64,000 nucleotides of DNA from an uncultured Desulfosarcina sp. (GCA_963674945.2 CAXXWQ010000004.1:2240001-2304000), one strand, 5' to 3'; counted from the first letter of the stretch, positions 52,505 to 62,936 are shown. A program made the numbers and translations. The notes: generated from the letters alone by a model not told the origin.

Positions 52505-54226
52505 TCATTGCAATTTATGTATCTTCAAGTAGTTATTGAAAATTCGGGATGAGATGCGACTGTAGGGATCGAAGTCCGCCATCAGTTCGAACCCTGGAAC
52601 CAGCGCCTTGACCACGGGAATCGCAAGATCCTTTCGGGTGATATCCACATAGACGGGTGAAAATCCGTTGACACGGAGGGTCTCTTGGACCAGGGCCAGG
52701 TCCCGGTCGGGTGTGCCCGTGGAAAAATCGGGGAGGGACTCGAATTCGAGCCAGGGCAGATCCGGCGGTGCCGGGGAAGAAGGCGGACCCATGGGATAGG
52801 GATAGGGTGTTTCGGTCAGTGCCGACAGCACGGCACGTTTGCCGTTCAGGTCGACGCCGCCCCCCTTGGTCACGGTGCCGTCTCGACGGGACACCCAGCA
52901 AAGGCAGCAGGGAATACCGTACTCGGGGCTGATGTCCTGAAAAAAGATGTGGATGCCACGGTCCCGGTAGTCCTGAAATAGACGATTGATCCGCTCGTCT
53001 TTGGCATACACCCGAAAGCATCGGGACGGATGAAAGGGATTCACCGCCTCACTGTCCCGTTCGATCAGCTCGTACAGGGCGCTCAATCGGGCCTCTGCCA
53101 CCGTGTTTCCCGATGCCAGGCCGGTGGAACCCAAACCGGAAAACAGGTTGCGCTCATCCAGGTTGCTGAAAAGGTAGACACACTGCACGGGGACCCAGAC
53201 GGAACTTTCTCCTTCCGTGGCCAGGCACCGACCCTCCATCCAATACAACGGTTCGTCCCCATAGGGGACCTCGAGTCCCAGATCATTGGGGTCGACCAGC
53301 CGGTGACCATCGTCCATGAGCTTTGTGCGGCTGCCGTGAATCAGCGGGTGGGGACGAAGCGTCTCCCTGACACGTCCGTCCTCGATACCGGCAAAGGCGC
53401 TGACGCGTTCCGCCACCTCCATCAGGCAGGAAGCCCTGGCCTGATCCAATGAGGTGCCCCTTCCGTAGGAAGTCTGAACACCGGAGATCGTATAATCGAG
53501 CCGGCCGATGCGGACACGGCGTTCCAGGCGCCATTTTCGCAACAGGGCGATGGGGCTGAGGGATGATTGATGGCGCATTTCCGGCCCATCAAAAATACCC
53601 AGTTTTTCGAGCCGTTCCTGAGCATCGGAGATGGTCTCCGAAAGCGGCCGGCGGGATGTCCCGGCCCCCTTCATCCGAGGCAACCTGCGGGCAACGACCG
53701 CCTTGAGATGCAGGTGGTCGGCAATGGCTTCATCGCTTCCGTCGACACCTTTCACCGGAAAGTCAAGCCCCGTAGCATCCGGTGGCGGCAGGGGACGATG
53801 CCGGGTCAGGTTGGCAGAAAAGTATCGGGCCCATTTTTTGTGGATCGAGTGGTCGGAAAGCTTTTCGCTGCGCAGATAAATCAACGGCGTCTTTTCCGAC
53901 AAGGCGATGCGCGCCCTTGGGGTGAACCGCTTTCTGATGGCCTTCAAATGCCCATGAATCGTCGCGGCTTCCAGAATCAGGGCGCGGACCACATGGTCCC
54001 TCGAATCAATGCCCGCCATCATCCGATCCACTTCGTCAAGGGGCATCTTAGCCAAACACCCCAGTAGATGGGCATGCATGAAACTGTCGTTGGAACAGTG
54101 GCGCAGATAGGAAAAACCCGTTTTTATGGTGGGAGAAGGCTCCGGGACGGCGGCAAAAAAACCGGTGCTAAGGGCCGTATCCTGAAGTTCGAGCCGGTAG
54201 CAGACGACGTTTTCCGCAAGATTCAT
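52505..54226 (-). CDS. YcaO-like protein with N-terminal extension
   Basis: SYGRG-x6-A-x-ASCLMEVAER, STGLASGN, ALYELIERD, SALTE. Confidence 0.88.
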   Translation of the reverse strand: MNLAENVVCYRLELQDTALSTGFFAAVPEPSPTIKTGFSYLRHCSNDSFMHAHLLGCLAKMPLDEVDRMMAGIDSRDHVVRALILEAATIHGHLKAIRKRFTPRARIALSEKTPLIYLRSEKLSDHSIHKKWARYFSANLTRHRPLPPPDATGLDFPVKGVDGSDEAIADHLHLKAVVARRLPRMKGAGTSRRPLSETISDAQERLEKLGIFDGPEMRHQSSLSPIALLRKWRLERRVRIGRLDYTISGVQTSYGRGTSLDQARASCLMEVAERVSAFAGIEDGRVRETLRPHPLIHGSRTKLMDDGHRLVDPNDLGLEVPYGDEPLYWMEGRCLATEGESSVWVPVQCVYLFSNLDERNLFSGLGSTGLASGNTVAEARLSALYELIERDSEAVNPFHPSRCFRVYAKDERINRLFQDYRDRGIHIFFQDISPEYGIPCCLCWVSRRDGTVTKGGGVDLNGKRAVLSALTETPYPYPMGPPSSPAPPDLPWLEFESLPDFSTGTPDRDLALVQETLRVNGFSPVYVDITRKDLAIPVVKALVPGFELMADFDPYSRISSRIFNNYLKIHKLQ

Positions 54227-55005
54227 GATACGCCGACGCCATCGCTATCCGGTGCCGAATCCTCTTCTTCTTCCTTCTTCTTCTTTCCGAAAATCCGGGC
54301 ACCGACGATGCTGACCTCGTACAACACCATCAGGGGCAGGGCCATCATGACCTGGGTGACCACGTCCGGCGGCGTTAAAATGGCGGCGCCCACGAAAAAA
54401 AGGAGGATCGCATACTTCCGGTTCTTCTTCAAAAAGGGTACGGTGACGATGCCGAGCCGTGCCAGGAAGGTGATAACCAGCGGCAATTCGAAGACGAGGC
54501 CGAAGGCCAGGAGCAACTTGGCGGAGAAGCTCAAATACTCCTTCATGGAGGGCATGGGGCGGATGGACTCCGTGGCAAACCCCAGAAAGAATTCGAATCC
54601 GTAGGGAAAGACGATGAAGTAACCGAACAGGGCGCCTCCCACGAAAAAGAGGGTCGAAAGAAACACGATGGGAACCAGCAATCGCTTTTCCCGATCGTAG
54701 AGGCCGGGGGCGACGAACATCCAGAATTGGTAGATGATCACCGGCGAAGCGAGGATAAACCCTGCTAGAAAAGAGACCTTGAGAAAGGTGAAAAACGCTT
54801 CGGGCAAACCGGTGTAGATCAGTGTATCCCCCTGTTTCATGACCGAGATCAGGGGCTGGGTGAGGATCTGGAATAGTCGTTCCTTGAAACCATAGGAGAT
54901 GGCAAATCCGATGCCCACGGCGATAAAACAGGTGATCAGCCTTTTGCGCAGCTCTTCCAGGTGGGCGGTAAATGGAATTTTGTCCTCGGTATCCAGATCG
55001 GTCAC
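54223..55005 (-). CDS. tatC: Twin-arginine translocase TatC
   Basis: HLEELRKRL, FVAPGLY, FELP, LTPPD. Confidence 0.97.
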   Translation of the reverse strand: MTDLDTEDKIPFTAHLEELRKRLITCFIAVGIGFAISYGFKERLFQILTQPLISVMKQGDTLIYTGLPEAFFTFLKVSFLAGFILASPVIIYQFWMFVAPGLYDREKRLLVPIVFLSTLFFVGGALFGYFIVFPYGFEFFLGFATESIRPMPSMKEYLSFSAKLLLAFGLVFELPLVITFLARLGIVTVPFLKKNRKYAILLFFVGAAILTPPDVVTQVMMALPLMVLYEVSIVGARIFGKKKKEEEEDSAPDSDGVGVS

Positions 55006-55010
55006 TTCGA

Positions 55011-55418
55011 TTACCCCTTTTCTGGTTGTTCATCCGGGTCGGAAATGATCTGGGAGGGGTCGGACGGTGCCCCTTCATCTGCACCCTGGTCGCCTGCAGC
55101 GGGGTCTTCGCCGCTTTCTGCCTGTTTCGCGGTGACAGGATCGGCCGGTTTCTCTGTTTCCCGGGATTTTTCCTGGGATTTGTTCGACGCCGCGGCAGGC
55201 TTTCCTTTGATATCATCGTCGAGTTCGTCGAAGGTACGCTTCATGTCCTTGATTTCATCGTCGATTTGAATACTGTCTTTGAGATCGCGGGTCGCCTTCT
55301 TGAACTCTCCCATGGCCTTTCCCAGGGATTTGGCAAGATCCGGCAGTTTCTTGGGGCCGATGACGATCAGGGCCACTGCCAGGATCAATATCATTTCCGG
55401 CATTCCGATACCGAACAT
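55011..55418 (-). CDS. tatB: Twin-arginine translocase TatB/TatA
   Basis: MFGIGMPE...GPKKLP; precedes tatC. Confidence 0.85.
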   Translation of the reverse strand: MFGIGMPEMILILAVALIVIGPKKLPDLAKSLGKAMGEFKKATRDLKDSIQIDDEIKDMKRTFDELDDDIKGKPAAASNKSQEKSRETEKPADPVTAKQAESGEDPAAGDQGADEGAPSDPSQIISDPDEQPEKG

Positions 55419-55635
55419 GAATTTCTCCTTGTATGGTTACGGTATTTTCCCGAGCGGGAACCCTACTGGTTTTACCGAGGGGTGTCAATGATGAAGGACG
55501 AAGGAAGCTAGGAGAGGGACGCAAAAACCCTACTCGTTCGTCCCTCTTCCATCGTCCTTCGTCCATCCCTTACCCGGTACGACAAATGAATTTTAGATAT
55601 GGTCTGGTCGTAAGAATCGATCCGTCTGTTTGCCG

Positions 55636-56859
55636 TCACGGAGGGAAAGAGGCGTCGGGATCCAGGATCAACAGGAAAAAATCTCCCTCTTGCTGCATGT
55701 GTCCCGCCGCAATTTCGGCATAGGGGCCGTTTCCCCAGAAGATGTCCACCCTGCCCGGTCCGCGAATTGCGCCACCTGTGTCCTGGTTCAGGGCAAAGGC
55801 GGAAAAATCCATCCATCGATCGATGCGGCCGTTTCCATCCACTACCGGAATCTGGGTTTGGAAAAACGCAGGGGCCGCCATGGGAAAGACCCGTCGGTCC
55901 ACGGCCACGCTGCGTCCGGGCGTCAGGTCAACGCCGATTGCACCGATGGGCCCCGTGGTTTCGATCTGGAAGAAAACATAACTGGGATTGTGGTTGAAAA
56001 CCGCGTCCACTTCGTCGGGGTGGGTGCGCAGGTAGGCCTTCAGCCGCTGCATGGACATCTCTTCGGATGGGATCTTTCCCTGATCCATAAGAAGTCTTCC
56101 GATGCTGCGATACGGATGCCCATTGGTACCATGGTAGTGCACCCGAACAAAGGAGCCGTCATCCATATAGATCCGGCCGGAACCTTGAATCTGCAGGAAA
56201 AACAAATCGATACGGTCATCCACCCAGGCGATGGGCGAGGCGAGGCGGGCAAAGGTCTCGTCCGAGTTGATGGACTTGCGGTCCGGATAGGGTACCACGG
56301 TGTTCCCCTTCAACCGACCGACGATCCGCCGCCCTTTCAGGTCCTTGGAAAAGGGAGAAAGATCGATGACCATCAAATCCGAAGGCATGGCGTACACCGG
56401 ATATCGGTAGCGGCTGTCCGGTGTATGACGCCCCCGGAGATAGGGCTCGTAATAGCCGGTAAATAGCACCTTTTTGCTGGAGGGTCCTCCCACCGAGCGA
56501 TACACACGGTAATGATCGGCGATGAATCGGTTGATCTTTGCAGGAGCCGGCCGGGTCTTAACGAAATCTTTCAAAAGGCGCAGGGATCGTTGGAGATGCC
56601 GGGCGTCATAAGTATCTGCGCCGAATCGAAAGCCGCGCTCGGCGGGAACCTTCTCCAGATAGACCAGGCTCTTTTCGATTCCGTATACGAGGTTGTCCAG
56701 GAAGAAACCGTCGGAAAAGTCCGGGTAGTCCGATGGTGTAAGAAGGACCAGCCCCTCTTTCGCCGGGACCCGTGGCCGCTGAAAAAGGGAGCACCCGGAT
56801 GCCATCACCATGAACAGCGCAAGAAAGAAAAGAGGGATCGTGCAACGCCGTCTGTTCAA
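55636..56859 (-). CDS. mltA: Membrane-bound lytic transglycosylase MltA
   Basis: Lipobox [41 protein letters not shown] start overlapping the moaC stop inferred. Confidence 0.9.
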   Translation of the reverse strand: MNRRRCTIPLFFLALFMVMASGCSLFQRPRVPAKEGLVLLTPSDYPDFSDGFFLDNLVYGIEKSLVYLEKVPAERGFRFGADTYDARHLQRSLRLLKDFVKTRPAPAKINRFIADHYRVYRSVGGPSSKKVLFTGYYEPYLRGRHTPDSRYRYPVYAMPSDLMVIDLSPFSKDLKGRRIVGRLKGNTVVPYPDRKSINSDETFARLASPIAWVDDRIDLFFLQIQGSGRIYMDDGSFVRVHYHGTNGHPYRSIGRLLMDQGKIPSEEMSMQRLKAYLRTHPDEVDAVFNHNPSYVFFQIETTGPIGAIGVDLTPGRSVAVDRRVFPMAAPAFFQTQIPVVDGNGRIDRWMDFSAFALNQDTGGAIRGPGRVDIFWGNGPYAEIAAGHMQQEGDFFLLILDPDASFPP

Positions 56860-57344
56860 GGAGTTCTGTCCTTTCGGATAAACAGACCGCTCTTCCCGCC
56901 ACTTTTTTCCAGCAGGCAGACATCGGTGATGGTCATGGCCTTGTCCATGGCCTTGCACATGTCATAAAGGGTCAACGCCGCAACGGATACGGCGGTGAGT
57001 GCCTCCATCTCGACTCCGGTCTGGTCCTTGATGCGGGCGGTGCCTTCGATGCGAATCCGGTGTTCCGATTCATCCGGGAAGAAATCCACCTGCACATGGG
57101 TCAGGTTCAAAGGGTGGCACATGGGAATCAGATCCGAGGTCTTCTTGGCGGCCATGATTCCGGCGATTCGGGCCGTCTCCAACACATTGCCCTTGGCTGT
57201 GCTGCCGGTACAAATCCGTTCAAAGGTCTCGGTTGACATGTGAACGACTGCCTGGGCAACCGCTGTTCGTTTGGTCGGCGTCTTTTCGGTGACGTCCACC
57301 ATGCGCACCTTGCCCTTGTCGTCAATGTGGGTTAAGTCGGCCAT
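56856..57344 (-). CDS. moaC: Cyclic pyranopterin monophosphate synthase
   Basis: [32 protein letters not shown]. Confidence 0.97.
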   Translation of the reverse strand: MADLTHIDDKGKVRMVDVTEKTPTKRTAVAQAVVHMSTETFERICTGSTAKGNVLETARIAGIMAAKKTSDLIPMCHPLNLTHVQVDFFPDESEHRIRIEGTARIKDQTGVEMEALTAVSVAALTLYDMCKAMDKAMTITDVCLLEKSGGKSGLFIRKDRTP

Positions 57345-57365
57345 ATCCCCCTCGATTTATATTGG

Positions 57366-57517
57366 TGACGGCTTCGTAACAAGTCCGATATCTGCGTTAC
57401 GCTTCGCCCCTCGTCATTGCAACGTATCCAACCATACGCCTCATTCCTCGGGGCTCGCAAGCCTTGATCTCGAACTTGTTACGAAGCCTTCCGAAAACGT
57501 TTTTTATGAATTCATCA
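57366..57517 (-). repeat. Family A element, copy 5, with outer module
   Basis: TGACGGCTTCGTAACAAG...CTTGTTACGAAGCC, then TTTTTATGAATTCATCA. Confidence 0.9.
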
Positions 57518-57525
57518 CTTGTTAG

Positions 57526-57906
57526 TTAAACGAAAAACTGGGTCTTAGACGTCACCGTCGACTTGATTTCGTTCAGGGTGTCGGAGAGCACACCGATGAC
57601 GTTCTCCCGGATATCCCCGGCCACCACCAGCATCATCACATCGTCCCCCACTGCCAGGTCACGGTCACCGGCGATCTCCACCTGGATGTCCAGGATGCCC
57701 GGTCGCGCCCGATGCCTGGCAAGCACCTTTGCCAACCGATCCTGATCCACGGCCACCCGCAGACCGGTCACCCGGCGGCCGTCTCGAGAGGTGCCCCGCA
57801 CCACGCCATTGTGGCACAGGATCATACCTACCCGATCGTAGTCGGGATGAGCCTTGAGTTTTTCGATCATGCGATCTGCATTCATTCGTTGCCTTTTTGC
57901 TTTCAT
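57526..57906 (-). CDS. moaE: MoaE-like molybdopterin synthase subunit
   Basis: GMILCHNGVVR, L-x-VGDD, VAGDIR; Mo-cofactor context. Confidence 0.75.
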   Translation of the reverse strand: MKAKRQRMNADRMIEKLKAHPDYDRVGMILCHNGVVRGTSRDGRRVTGLRVAVDQDRLAKVLARHRARPGILDIQVEIAGDRDLAVGDDVMMLVVAGDIRENVIGVLSDTLNEIKSTVTSKTQFFV

Positions 57907-58514
57907 CGCGTTTTTATTTTTTCGTAGATGTCCTGGGCCGTCGTAAGGTCTTCCGGGGTATTGACGTTGAAAAAGGAGACCAACTCCGGATCCGCCTTTC
58001 GCAATTGCGCTTCCTCGATTTTCTTGACCCGCATCTTTCGAAACACCTGACTGATCTTAAATAAATTGTTCTCCAAGTGCCACGTCATGACGGGCAGACA
58101 CGTCTTTCGGTAAACGGCAAACATGGGTTCATACCCGACCGATGTGCAGGGAACCACGATATCTGTTTTTCGTTCGATGGCATCGATGAGCATCCGGACC
58201 AGGGCTTCTTGGACGAATGGGGTGTCGCAGGCGGTGAAAAACGCATATTCGTGCGCTGCGGCGAACAATCCGGCGTGAAGACCGGTAAGAGAACTTCGCA
58301 CCGGGTAGTGATCGGTAACGATCAAGGCATCCACATCCATGTAGATCGCCGGATCGTTGGTCACCAGGACCACTTGATCGAACAGTCTGGCACATACTTT
58401 CGCAAGACGATCGATGATACGTAGTTGACCTATGCGGATAAACGCCTTGTTCTGACCGCCAAATCGTTTGTTTTGTCCACCGGCGAGAATAACACCGGAG
58501 CAGTGTATTGACAT
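57903..58514 (-). CDS. mobA: Molybdenum cofactor guanylyltransferase
   Basis: ILAGG-x2-KRFGG-x-NK, ACDTPF, EPM-x-AVY, FNVNTPED. Confidence 0.92.
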   Translation of the reverse strand: MSIHCSGVILAGGQNKRFGGQNKAFIRIGQLRIIDRLAKVCARLFDQVVLVTNDPAIYMDVDALIVTDHYPVRSSLTGLHAGLFAAAHEYAFFTACDTPFVQEALVRMLIDAIERKTDIVVPCTSVGYEPMFAVYRKTCLPVMTWHLENNLFKISQVFRKMRVKKIEEAQLRKADPELVSFFNVNTPEDLTTAQDIYEKIKTR

Positions 58515-58775
58515 AATCGTGCGCCTTAAAGACTATTCGATAGATTAGAAAAAAAAGAATTTGAAATCAAGGGCGGATGCAATGAGAGTGACAATTGTAA
58601 GGTAGAGCCATGTATCGTATGACCAGGATCAAAGGACCAGGTCTTCCGGACTGAATAAAAAATATTGCCTCTCAACGTGCGGCTTGCTATGGCCACCATT
58701 GTCACGATTTCATAATAAGCTTTTCCAGGCCAACAAAGGATATCGCCGGAAAATATACAATGAGGCAGGTAATCA

Positions 58776-59273
58776 ATGGGTGTACATGAACATCGCAAAT
58801 CGGCACCGGTCCAGGTGGCCGTTGGCGTTCTATCGGTTTCGACGACCCGGACCCTTACTCAAGATGAAAGCGGCTTGTGGATCGTCAACCGCGCCAGAAA
58901 GGAGGGTCATCTGGTCCGGTTTCATCAGGTGGTCGATGACGATATCGCCGCCATCCGGCAAATTGTCCTGCAGGCCATTCGGGAAAACGATTTACAGGCG
59001 CTTTTAATCACGGGTGGCACCGGCATCGCCAAAAGGGACGTCACCATCGAAGCGGTTCAACCGCTGTTCTCCAAGGAGATGACGGCTTTCGGTACCATTT
59101 TTGCCATGCTCAGCCATGAGGAGATCGATTCTGCGGCGATTATCTCCCGGGCGGCCGCCGGCGTGATCGGATCCACCGCCGTGTTCTGTATGCCCGGCAG
59201 CAAGAAGGCGTGCCAACTCGCCTGCAAGGCGTTGGTTTTTCCGGAGTTGGGGCATGTAGTCGCCCACATATAG
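58776..59273 (+). CDS. moaB: MoaB/MogA molybdopterin adenylyltransferase
   Basis: DESG, TGGTG-x3-RDVT-x-EA, SRAAAG, MPGS. Confidence 0.9.
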   Translation: MGVHEHRKSAPVQVAVGVLSVSTTRTLTQDESGLWIVNRARKEGHLVRFHQVVDDDIAAIRQIVLQAIRENDLQALLITGGTGIAKRDVTIEAVQPLFSKEMTAFGTIFAMLSHEEIDSAAIISRAAAGVIGSTAVFCMPGSKKACQLACKALVFPELGHVVAHI

Positions 59274-59418
59274 CAGTGCCCATCCAGAAATGGCCAATTT
59301 GCCCGATATCTTTGTTGCGTTCAAAATTTTATCCTCGGAATATCAACCATATGCCTCCGGTAAAATTTTTCACGCGCCGCGATCTCGAACAAATTTGCCT
59401 ATTTCTGGACGGACACTG
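59274..59418. repeat. Palindromic element, family C, full copy
   Basis: TIR CAGTGCCCATCCAGAAAT / ATTTCTGGACGGACACTG; starts right after the moaB stop. Confidence 0.85.
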
Positions 59419-59420
59419 GC

Positions 59421-59555
59421 GGATTCACCAAAAATCGATTTTGGACCGGGCCGGTGTTCTCGCTCCATTGAAATCCTCAACGTAGAACCGCTACGCCTCC
59501 GGTTTCAATGTCGCTGCGGCCTTGGCCTGAACCAAAATCTACTATTTTTGGGATC
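59421..59555. repeat. Palindromic element, family D (single copy here)
   Basis: CAAAAAT-GATTTTGG...CCAAAATC-ATTTTTG arms and central CATTGAAA...ACGTAG-loop-CTACGCCTC...TTTCAATG. Confidence 0.6.
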
Positions 59556-59645
59556 GAAACTGCAATCTGCCCATGGGAAGCAGCCACATAAAATAGAGGA
59601 ACTGATTTGCGGCCTCATGAATCGAAACAGACGATAGGATGGCAG

Positions 59646-60014
59646 ATGACTGAAATAGAACCAGAGCATCGGGTGAAAACACCGCTCACCGTCAAAGACC
59701 TCCAGGTCATCGTGGACCGCTGGGTCACCACCTACGGCGTTCGCTATTTTTCGGAGATGACCAATCTGGCCATTCTCATGGAAGAAGTGGGCGAACTGGC
59801 GCGGATCATGGCACGAACCTACGGCGAACAGAGCGCCAAAAAGAATGAGGTGTTGTCGAGCATCGACGATGAGCTTGCCGATATCCTCTTCGTTCTCGTG
59901 TGTATCGCCAACCAAACCGGCGTGGAACTGGAATCGGCCGTGCAACGAAACCTGAAAAAGAAAACCGGCCGGGACAACCGCCGACACCGGGAGAATCCCA
60001 AACTCAAGGCATAG
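59646..60014 (+). CDS. MazG-like nucleotide pyrophosphohydrolase
   Basis: LMEEVGELAR, DELADILFV. Confidence 0.9.
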   Translation: MTEIEPEHRVKTPLTVKDLQVIVDRWVTTYGVRYFSEMTNLAILMEEVGELARIMARTYGEQSAKKNEVLSSIDDELADILFVLVCIANQTGVELESAVQRNLKKKTGRDNRRHRENPKLKA

Positions 60015-60028
60015 GAGCAAAACAGCAG

Positions 60029-61063
60029 ATGAGACTCGGAATCATCGGCCTCCCCCAGTCGGGCAAGGCCACTGTCTTTAACGCATTGACCCGAAGTGCT
60101 GCAGATGAAGGCCACCGCCAGGAGAGTCGTATCGGTACGATCACCGTTCCGGACGAACGGGTGGAGGTCCTCAGCCGGATGTACAAACCTCGGAAAACCA
60201 TATTCGCCCAGGTGGCCTATTTCCTTCCCGGAAAGGGTGATCAAGGCGGGCAAGGCGCCAAGGAACAGAGCCTCTGGACCCAGGTGCGCGATTGCGATGC
60301 CTTGATTCACACCGTGCGAAATTTCAGCTTGTACGGCATGGCAGATCCCACTCCCAAGGCGGATGTGGCGGCCATTGACCAGGAGTTGATCATCTCCGAT
60401 CTGGTCGTGGTGGAAAAACGCCTCGAACGACTGGCGCTGGATGAGAAGCGGGGAAAAAAACCCAGTCCGGAGGAGATCAATCTGCTCCACCAGTGCAAGG
60501 CCCACCTGGACGACGAAATCCCGCTGCGCCGGTTTCCGGAGATCGCCACGGCCAAGCTCCTGCGCGGGTTTGCCTTTCTTTCCGCCAAGCCCATGCTGAT
60601 TCTCCTCAACAATACCGATGAGGACGATGCCCTGCCCGATGCCGACTCCCTGCCCGAGGGTGAGCAATGCATGGTGATTCGTGCCAAACTGGAAGAGGAA
60701 TTGTCCCAGATGACAGACGAGGAGGCAAAGGAGTTTTTGGCCGAATTCAACATCACCGCTTCCGCCACGGACAGGGTGGTTCAACGCTCCTATGAGCTGA
60801 TGGGGCTGATCTCCTTTTTCACCGTTGGTGAGGACGAGGTTCGTGCATGGACCATCGGCAGGGACACCGATGCCGTGGACGCCGCGGAAGTGATCCATTC
60901 GGACATCAAGAAAGGATTCATCCGGGCCGAGGTCTTGGCCTATGAGGATCTCATGGATGCAGGATCCTATGCCGAGGCGCGAAAAAAGGGCACGGTACGC
61001 CTGGAAGGCAAGACGTACAAGGTGTGTGACGGGGATATCATCAACTTCCGCTTCAACGTCTGA
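60029..61063 (+). CDS. YchF/Ola1-like protein with degenerate G motifs
   Basis: GIIGLPQSGKAT, VPDER, FFTVGEDEVRAW, IHSD, GFIRAEV, RLEGK-x-Y-x-V-x-DGD. Confidence 0.85.
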   Translation: MRLGIIGLPQSGKATVFNALTRSAADEGHRQESRIGTITVPDERVEVLSRMYKPRKTIFAQVAYFLPGKGDQGGQGAKEQSLWTQVRDCDALIHTVRNFSLYGMADPTPKADVAAIDQELIISDLVVVEKRLERLALDEKRGKKPSPEEINLLHQCKAHLDDEIPLRRFPEIATAKLLRGFAFLSAKPMLILLNNTDEDDALPDADSLPEGEQCMVIRAKLEEELSQMTDEEAKEFLAEFNITASATDRVVQRSYELMGLISFFTVGEDEVRAWTIGRDTDAVDAAEVIHSDIKKGFIRAEVLAYEDLMDAGSYAEARKKGTVRLEGKTYKVCDGDIINFRFNV

Positions 61064-61066
61064 TCG

Positions 61067-62137
61067 ATGAGCCAATTTCCGACCCAATTGCCATCCTTAC
61101 CCAAGCCCCGTTGGAAGGCGCTTTTGGAAAGATCCGTGACTACAGGCGAGCAGCTGGCCCGACACTTCGACATCGAACCTTTCCGGCTGAAACCCGCCAT
61201 CGGAAAGTTTCCCATGCGGATCACCCCCTACTACCTGTCGCTGATTCGGCGCCCCGGTGATCCCTTATGGCGGCAGGTGGTTCCCGATCCATCCGAGTTG
61301 ACGGATCCCTTTGGAACGGCCGATCCTCTGTGCGAGGAGGCGGCATCACCGGTGCCCGGCCTCATCCATCGATATCCGGACCGGGTGGTGCTGCTGGCAT
61401 CGGCACAATGCGCCGTGGTCTGCCGTTTTTGCATGCGAAAACGACGAGCGGGCGGCGCATCCATGCAGAACCTGTTTGATGCCTGGCTGGATTACATTAA
61501 GAAAACACCCATGATCCATGAGGTCATCCTCTCCGGCGGGGATCCCCTCATCCTGGATGACGAACCCTTGTCAAAGATACTGGAGGGGATCCGAAAGATC
61601 GACCATGTCGGGCCGATCCGGATCCATTCGCGCATGCCCTGCACCCTGCCCCAGCGGATAACCAAGGATCTGGTGCGGATGCTCGGATCCTTTTCCCCCG
61701 TGTTCCTCAATATCCACTTCAACCATCCGGACGAGATCACCCGGCAGTCGGCCGATGCCTGTGCCAAAATGGCCGACGCCGGCATCCCCTTGGGATCTCA
61801 AACGGTCCTGCTGAAAGGGGTCAACGACGACGCCAAGGTCATGCACCGGCTCATGGAGAAGCTATTGGCCATCCGGGTACGCCCCTACTACCTGCACCAG
61901 TTGGATCGGGTGCAGGGTACCGGCCATTTCCACGTGCCCCTATCAACGGGGCTATTGATCATGGACCGGCTTCGGGGACGATTGTCCGGAATGGGAGTAC
62001 CCCACTACATGGTGGACCTTCCCGGGGGCGGTGGGAAAGTACCCCTGATACCCGAATACGTGACACGAAGGGGAAATGATACCTGGACCATCAGAAATTA
62101 TGAGGGCCGGCATTTTACTTATAAGTCCAGGGCTTGA
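61067..62137 (+). CDS. KamA family radical SAM protein (lysine 2,3-aminomutase-like)
   Basis: HRYPDR, CAVVCRFC, SGGDPL, HFNHP, QTVLLKGVND, GGGGK. Confidence 0.9.
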   Translation: MSQFPTQLPSLPKPRWKALLERSVTTGEQLARHFDIEPFRLKPAIGKFPMRITPYYLSLIRRPGDPLWRQVVPDPSELTDPFGTADPLCEEAASPVPGLIHRYPDRVVLLASAQCAVVCRFCMRKRRAGGASMQNLFDAWLDYIKKTPMIHEVILSGGDPLILDDEPLSKILEGIRKIDHVGPIRIHSRMPCTLPQRITKDLVRMLGSFSPVFLNIHFNHPDEITRQSADACAKMADAGIPLGSQTVLLKGVNDDAKVMHRLMEKLLAIRVRPYYLHQLDRVQGTGHFHVPLSTGLLIMDRLRGRLSGMGVPHYMVDLPGGGGKVPLIPEYVTRRGNDTWTIRNYEGRHFTYKSRA

Positions 62138-62936
62138 AACGGCGAGGAACCAGCATGGGCACGTTCTTCTGGTACCTCCGGTAGTCATCACCGAAGCAGT
62201 TCACCAGGTCCCGCTCCTCCAATGTGGCGCCGATGATGATCCATATGGTCCACAACGCGTTGTGGATCGGACGATCTATTGTGAAAACCGGCGCGGTCCA
62301 GATGAGAATCAAGGCGAACAGGTATTGGGGGTGCCGCACCCATCCATAGGGGCCACGAACGATGAAGGGATCGGGTGCAACGGTGAGACGGCCGTTCAAG
62401 GCCGCCACGGCAGGCTTGACACCCAAAGGATCGAAATCCCGCAAGGCCAGCCCTCCCCACAAAGCACCTATGCAAGCGGATAAAAACAAAAGAATCAACA
62501 ACCGGCGAATCCAATCGGGTGGTATCCAAAGGGGCGTTCCGACCGGTTGCCATAACCCCGTCAAAATCAGAAGACAGATTCCCGAGGCAGCGGCGAACAG
62601 GGCCCCGTGAAAATCGGCACGGACGGTTCGTGTCAGCCGGAGACGGAATCCGCCCCGCACCATGATGCTGTGCTGAGAAAAAAAGATCAGGCACAAGACG
62701 GCATCAAAAAGGAGTCGTCCCGTATCGCTCATTGAAAAAACCACAGGCGATACGGCCCCGAATGCCAAAAAAACCAGCCAGGCAAGCATGCCGCCGCCGC
62801 CCAAGAGGTAGGCGGCCCCCACGAGAATGATACCGCCTGGTCTTCGGGATACCAGCTGAGTAGCTGCGGCTCTACGGGCCTGGGCATCTCCCACCGCCGA
62901 TATTTTACATGTGGGATGGCTTTTTTGCTGCTGCAT
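62115..62936 (-). CDS. Isoprenylcysteine-carboxylmethyltransferase family membrane protein (MddA-like)
   Basis: QHSIM-x-R, LWQP, GPYGWVRHPQY, EERDL-x3-FG-x2-Y-x2-Y-x3-VPM. Confidence 0.75.
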   Translation of the reverse strand: MQQQKSHPTCKISAVGDAQARRAAATQLVSRRPGGIILVGAAYLLGGGGMLAWLVFLAFGAVSPVVFSMSDTGRLLFDAVLCLIFFSQHSIMVRGGFRLRLTRTVRADFHGALFAAASGICLLILTGLWQPVGTPLWIPPDWIRRLLILLFLSACIGALWGGLALRDFDPLGVKPAVAALNGRLTVAPDPFIVRGPYGWVRHPQYLFALILIWTAPVFTIDRPIHNALWTIWIIIGATLEERDLVNCFGDDYRRYQKNVPMLVPRRFKPWTYK

